Shown piece by piece: positions 60,073 through 64,000 of a stretch of 64,000 bases of DNA (its first letter is position 1; the number at the start of each line of letters is the position of its first letter). Under the pieces are notes generated by a model. That model ran no database searches. It was not told the DNA's origin and was given only the letters and a program-made list of their open reading frames with translations. The translations under genes were made by a program, and so were the position numbers. The DNA comes from an uncultured virus (IMG/VR IMGVR_UViG_3300025314_001151) (Duplodnaviria > Heunggongvirae > Uroviricota > Caudoviricetes): IMG/VR virus record IMGVR_UViG_3300025314_001151. One strand, written 5' to 3'.

Positions 60073-60145
60073 GGTATTAATTGGCTCCAAAAAGAGCGAC
60101 TGGAGCCTATATGGCGAGATACAGTCTTACTCATTGTTGAATAAG
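60073..60145 (-). promoter_or_regulatory. Conserved structured element upstream of a nuclease gene (copy C)
   Basis: Plus strand GGTATT-aatt-GGCTCCA-N11-TGGAGCC...GAGAT-aca-GTCTT...TTGAATAAG. Confidence 0.75.
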
Positions 60146-60171
60146 TTCCATATTTATATCTGACTAGACAA

Positions 60172-61590
60172 CTATTCAAAAGAACTGTCAAATGTCATAG
60201 AACGAGATGAATCAGATATATTTCTTATTGACAACCTACGTTTGATACCGTTGCATAACTCAGAATTAGGATTGGTATCTATACCAAAGGATCTATTATT
60301 TGAAATACCTGGATATGAGTCTCCTGCATCTCCACTATTTGCTCTATTTTCGAGATCTTTTAAGTTATCTGCTTGTAATAGTCCTACAAGGAAACACGAT
60401 TTGTCGTCATTATAGGTTTGGTTATCTATTTGGTTTTCATTTATACGCCATATAAATATTCCTTCAGACGGGAGAGATCCATCATACCGTATCTTTTGTC
60501 TATTCTCTACCAAGAAGTATTGTTTAGGATCGTCAGTTGTATACTTAACAATATCTGAATTTGTCTCTACATCTGTTAAATACACATTTCCTGTTGGATT
60601 TTCTTTTGCATTGGCAAATCCAAGTACGTATTTTGACCATGCATCCATATGTACTGGAATGGCACCTTTACCTCCCCAGCTTCCTGATCCCATAAGAGAA
60701 TATGATCCTACACCATTAGATTCATCTGTATAGTCATATAAATCGGGTAATCCCAACAAATGACCAAATTCATGACAATCAATTCCTACTGTTGGAGAGT
60801 CTGATGGTTGGTTCAAATATTCTGATGTCATTGCATATACCCATACATTTACTCCTTCAGGACTTCCTGGAGTTTGTATCTGCATGATATTTGGTGTTAC
60901 ATAAACATGTGCCCATATGTCGTTAATGTCACCAGTATAAGCAGCCTCCGCTCCAGAGTGAACTATGAAAATATTATCTATATAGCCGTTTCCATTTGTG
61001 TCAAATGAGTCCCAATCAATGTTTGGATCATTATTAGCAATTTCAACAACATTTTCCACTAATCTTTCAGCACTGTTCGGATAGATCCCAAATCCATTCT
61101 GTTTATCTGTATAATAAGTAGATTGTTGAGGGGCTCTATACCATCCATAAGTCTCACCAATAGGGATATATCTTCCATGAGAAACTTCACGGTAATATTC
61201 TGAAAGACTGTTGACGTAATTACCAAAGAATCTATTATATATTGTCTCCACTGGTATCTGTGCAGGCTTATCATCAAAATCAACGCATAATACTAGGATT
61301 TTGTCTATTGATGAAGGTTGTAATGAAGTAAAACCAAACTTTTTATCCCTTTCCCATCTTTCATATCCTCTAGGGACATCGGTTTTCATAATTCCAAATG
61401 TTTCTCTTGCTATTGGAGAAGGAATTTCTGCCCAAGGTTTTATTTTTTGTATTGTATTATGGGTCTTCTCATCTAAATAATCTTCAGGAAATTTGGAATT
61501 TAATGTGGGTATTAGGTGCGATTTATTCGATTTTATTATACTGTCGGTATTTCTAAATTTTCTACTTAGACTTTGGAAAGCCGAAACCAT
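60172..61590 (-). CDS. M6 (immune inhibitor A) family zinc metalloprotease
   Basis: HEFGHLLGLPDLYD, SLMGSGSW, YFLVENRQ and VHSG motifs; no signal peptide. Confidence 0.9.
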   Translation of the reverse strand: MVSAFQSLSRKFRNTDSIIKSNKSHLIPTLNSKFPEDYLDEKTHNTIQKIKPWAEIPSPIARETFGIMKTDVPRGYERWERDKKFGFTSLQPSSIDKILVLCVDFDDKPAQIPVETIYNRFFGNYVNSLSEYYREVSHGRYIPIGETYGWYRAPQQSTYYTDKQNGFGIYPNSAERLVENVVEIANNDPNIDWDSFDTNGNGYIDNIFIVHSGAEAAYTGDINDIWAHVYVTPNIMQIQTPGSPEGVNVWVYAMTSEYLNQPSDSPTVGIDCHEFGHLLGLPDLYDYTDESNGVGSYSLMGSGSWGGKGAIPVHMDAWSKYVLGFANAKENPTGNVYLTDVETNSDIVKYTTDDPKQYFLVENRQKIRYDGSLPSEGIFIWRINENQIDNQTYNDDKSCFLVGLLQADNLKDLENRANSGDAGDSYPGISNNRSFGIDTNPNSELCNGIKRRLSIRNISDSSRSMTFDSSFE

Positions 61591-61680
61591 TTTCTATCTC
61601 CTTGTCATCTATTTTAGACTTGGAGAACTAATAGATATATATACTAGACAATATATATACTTATTGTCTCCTGTAAATTG

Positions 61681-61842
61681 TCATTTTTGCATTATTCTTT
61701 TCATCGACTCGTATGTCTGTAAGTCTACATAATCATTGGGATATTTGATCACTAGATCAGAAACCAAATATGATCTGCCAGATTTGACCAAATTATCTGT
61801 ATTGACAAACCTTCTTAATAACTCAGGATGAGGTGCGACCAT
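61681..61842 (-). CDS. 53-aa free-standing homolog of the M6 protease N-terminal pro-region; missing from the ORF track
   Basis: MVAPHPELLRRFVNTDNLVKSGRSYLVSDLVIKYPNDYVDLQTYESMKRIMQK; 20/53 ungapped identities to the protease N-terminus; SD GAGGA. Confidence 0.8.
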   Translation of the reverse strand: MVAPHPELLRRFVNTDNLVKSGRSYLVSDLVIKYPNDYVDLQTYESMKRIMQK

Positions 61843-62444
61843 TATTTTCCTCATTTGCGACGATATTATTAATCTCGTACTTTTTCATATTTTCTACATT
61901 GTACTTTAGATTGTTGCCTTTTCTAACCATTGAATCAACATCTAGCTCTACTAGACTTAGAGCTTTTTGCCAACTTCCAAAACGATCTTTATATGTCCCA
62001 AAGCTTGGATATTTACAATTACCATCGAAATGGTCAATTATAGGTACTTTCCATGTTTCTCTGTAAAACTGCTCCAAAAATCCTAATAATTCTTCATCTG
62101 TAAATTCTGTAAAATAATTGATTTGTAATCCTGCCATTTTTAGAGCTTTATTCCAGCTCCCAAAATGTCTCTGATATGTCTTGAAACTAGGATATTTACG
62201 ATTATTACTGAAATCTTCCCATGTAGGAGATCTTCCATTCTCTTTAAAAAACCGCTCTGTTCCATCTTCCAAAATGTTTCTTATATGTACCAGAACAAGG
62301 ATATTTAGAATCATTGTCTAGATCTCTAGATTCAGGAATTCTTCCCTTTTCTTCATGAAATTGTCTCAAATATTCTAACAGTTCATTGTCAGTATATCCT
62401 TTATGTTTCTTTTTGATATCATGTCGATCTATTAAATTTACCAT
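61823..62444 (-). pseudogene. Homing-endonuclease-associated repeat gene with a frameshifting deletion and the nuclease domain deleted
   Basis: Same repeats as 25629..26951; DSMVRKG is joined directly to NNLKYNVENMKKYEI. Confidence 0.8.
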
Positions 62445-62456
62445 TGTTACCTCTTT

Positions 62457-62786
62457 TTACTCAGGAAAAGGAACATACATTCCACATTTGCTCAATGATT
62501 TTTTAGTGAAATCATGAAGAGGTATTTGTTCTAAAATCCTTGAAGTCTTGACTTCTTCTGAATATGAATCCCAATATTTAGATCTATATGACTTTACAAA
62601 TTTTATAGGAACATCTACAGCATCGATGACAACATCTAAAATATCAGTATTGTCCAACTGTTCCTTTGGTTCACCTAGTTCATTGGCTAAAGATACAAGA
62701 ATACAATCCCTTATCTTTTCTGCTTCTAATAGTTTACGAAAGTCATTTGGTAATTCTGAAAATTTAGAAATTTCTGATGTTGACAT
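62457..62786 (-). CDS. Hypothetical protein
   Basis: 109-aa ORF with SD GGAG. Confidence 0.6.
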   Translation of the reverse strand: MSTSEISKFSELPNDFRKLLEAEKIRDCILVSLANELGEPKEQLDNTDILDVVIDAVDVPIKFVKSYRSKYWDSYSEEVKTSRILEQIPLHDFTKKSLSKCGMYVPFPE

Positions 62787-62823
62787 AAATCTCCATTTGT
62801 ATTATTATTTGTATTCAATATAA

Positions 62824-63174
62824 TTATCTTGGAATACTTTTCCTTATTGCTTTTAAAATATCTCGCTTTTTTTCTTCTTTACTTTCCTTTATTAACTTAT
62901 TTTCTTCTTTACTTTCCTTTATTAATTTATCTATTTCAGATCTGGATAATTTGCTAAAATCTCTTGTTACACTCTCAAATTCGGAGATAGTAATAATAGG
63001 TTTGCCAGTCTTTTGTTCATGTTTTTTATGAAAGAGCGAACATGCAGATGCAATATCTGATTCTGCTTCTTTAATATCTTTCATTATAGTCTTCTTAATA
63101 TTACGAGCGGCTATATCACATAACATGACCTTGCCTTTAATATGTTTGTCTTTGTGTGACATTTTATCAATCAT
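62824..63174 (-). CDS. Basic hypothetical protein with a 30-nt in-frame duplication (62871..62930)
   Basis: KLIKESKEE occurs twice. Confidence 0.6.
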   Translation of the reverse strand: MIDKMSHKDKHIKGKVMLCDIAARNIKKTIMKDIKEAESDIASACSLFHKKHEQKTGKPIITISEFESVTRDFSKLSRSEIDKLIKESKEENKLIKESKEEKKRDILKAIRKSIPR

Positions 63175-63187
63175 TATTGATTCAGTT

Positions 63188-63409
63188 TTACTTCTTCATA
63201 TATTCGACAGTCACTAGAGCTGTAAAACCAGGATTGACTGCAACGTTCAATTGGGCAGGCGTTACATATCCAGCTACGTCACCAAATGTTATTGAATACA
63301 TTCCTTGTTCTAGTTCTATGTTGATATCTCTTGTGCCTCTATATTCTCCGTTAATCATTACATCTCCATTGACTGGTGTCGTTATTATATGTAAAAATCC
63401 TCTTGCCAT
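63188..63409 (-). CDS. Single PEGA-like domain protein
   Basis: TTPVNGDVMING...GMYSITFGDVAGYVTP. Confidence 0.7.
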   Translation of the reverse strand: MARGFLHIITTPVNGDVMINGEYRGTRDINIELEQGMYSITFGDVAGYVTPAQLNVAVNPGFTALVTVEYMKK

Positions 63410-63435
63410 ATTTTTCGCCTCTTATATATTATGTC

Positions 63436-63990
63436 TTATTTCTTCTTGGACATTAGCATCATAGCTCCTATAGCAAGACCTGCTACTAGGAACATTCCTC
63501 CTCCTCCAAAACCTGCTTCGACTATTGGTATCATTTCTTGAGATATAATCTCACCTTGTCCTAATGTAAGATCGATATTACCAGTTACATCTAGATATCC
63601 TTCACGATATAATCTGTATGTATGAGGACCAAGACCTAGTTCACATATCAATGATGGAGTAGTCTCTGTCCTTAATATATCATCTATGTATATCGATGCT
63701 CCAGGAGGATTGGTATTGAAATATATACACCCTTCATTAGGAATTAGTGAAGGACTTGGTATATATATAATTGTTCCAGCTTCTACAAATACTGTGGTTG
63801 TATAAGCTGGAACAACTGTCATTCTAATGGTAACATCGTGAAATCCTTCTGTTATACCTGTTATGGTATCTGGAGTGGTCTTACCAATTTGCAATATGTC
63901 ATCTATTAGAATGGATGCACCAGGAGGAAATGATATTATATATAGACTTCCAGTGGCTAATATATTTACTGCTGTACATTGTTCTACCAT
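63436..63990 (-). CDS. Two PEGA domains + C-terminal TM and KKK
   Basis: PPGASI..DD twice; EAGFGGGGMFLVAGLAIGAMMLMSKKK. Confidence 0.85.
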   Translation of the reverse strand: MVEQCTAVNILATGSLYIISFPPGASILIDDILQIGKTTPDTITGITEGFHDVTIRMTVVPAYTTTVFVEAGTIIYIPSPSLIPNEGCIYFNTNPPGASIYIDDILRTETTPSLICELGLGPHTYRLYREGYLDVTGNIDLTLGQGEIISQEMIPIVEAGFGGGGMFLVAGLAIGAMMLMSKKK

Positions 63991-64000
63991 TTTACTATTT

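Noticed and set aside
60073..60145. SAM-I riboswitch or known self-cleaving ribozyme reading of the nuclease leader
   Set aside because: CTTAT.CAA resembles the SAM-I start, but the remaining core is absent; no hammerhead, twister or HDV core is visible.
59563..61283. Nested minus-strand ORFs 59563..59772 and 61059..61283 (also 40291..40497)
   Set aside because: Alternative frames inside well-supported genes.
1367..63464. All plus-strand ORFs in the track
   Set aside because: They are antisense shadows of minus-strand genes or read-throughs of tandem repeats, with no recognisable motifs.

Overview
AT-rich 64 kb window in which every credible gene lies on the minus strand. It contains no housekeeping, rRNA or tRNA genes that I can recognise. 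The content points to the structural/surface module of a large archaeal virus or a Borg-like extrachromosomal element, possibly with a Methanosarcinales-type host (inference). It holds about ten PEGA-domain genes, DUF2341/PKD/CARDB proteins, two giant GGNNITLSQ-repeat fibre proteins, and a set of three fibres with a shared head and different tails. It also carries glycosyl- and methyltransferases, a six-PAS hybrid kinase with an Rcp1-like regulator, holin-like proteins next to a GH16 hydrolase, a JAMM-like protein and an M6 protease. Perfect tandem repeats are common, several anchored on stop codons, and several genes are broken by deletions. Signals not explained by the ORF track: (1) nine degenerate CRISPR-repeat-like units at 32.2-33.0 kb with no cas gene in the window, one of them inverted; (2) a conserved hairpin element with a compensatory base change, CTTATKCAA...GGCTCY-loop-RGAGCC-N3-4-AATACC, directly upstream of three free-standing PD-(D/E)XK-like nuclease genes from two families; (3) an IscB/omegaRNA-type element end that replaces the C-terminus of the first gene; (4) an unannotated 53-aa free-standing copy of the M6 protease N-terminal pro-region. 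All family assignments come from motif recognition by eye; no searches were run.
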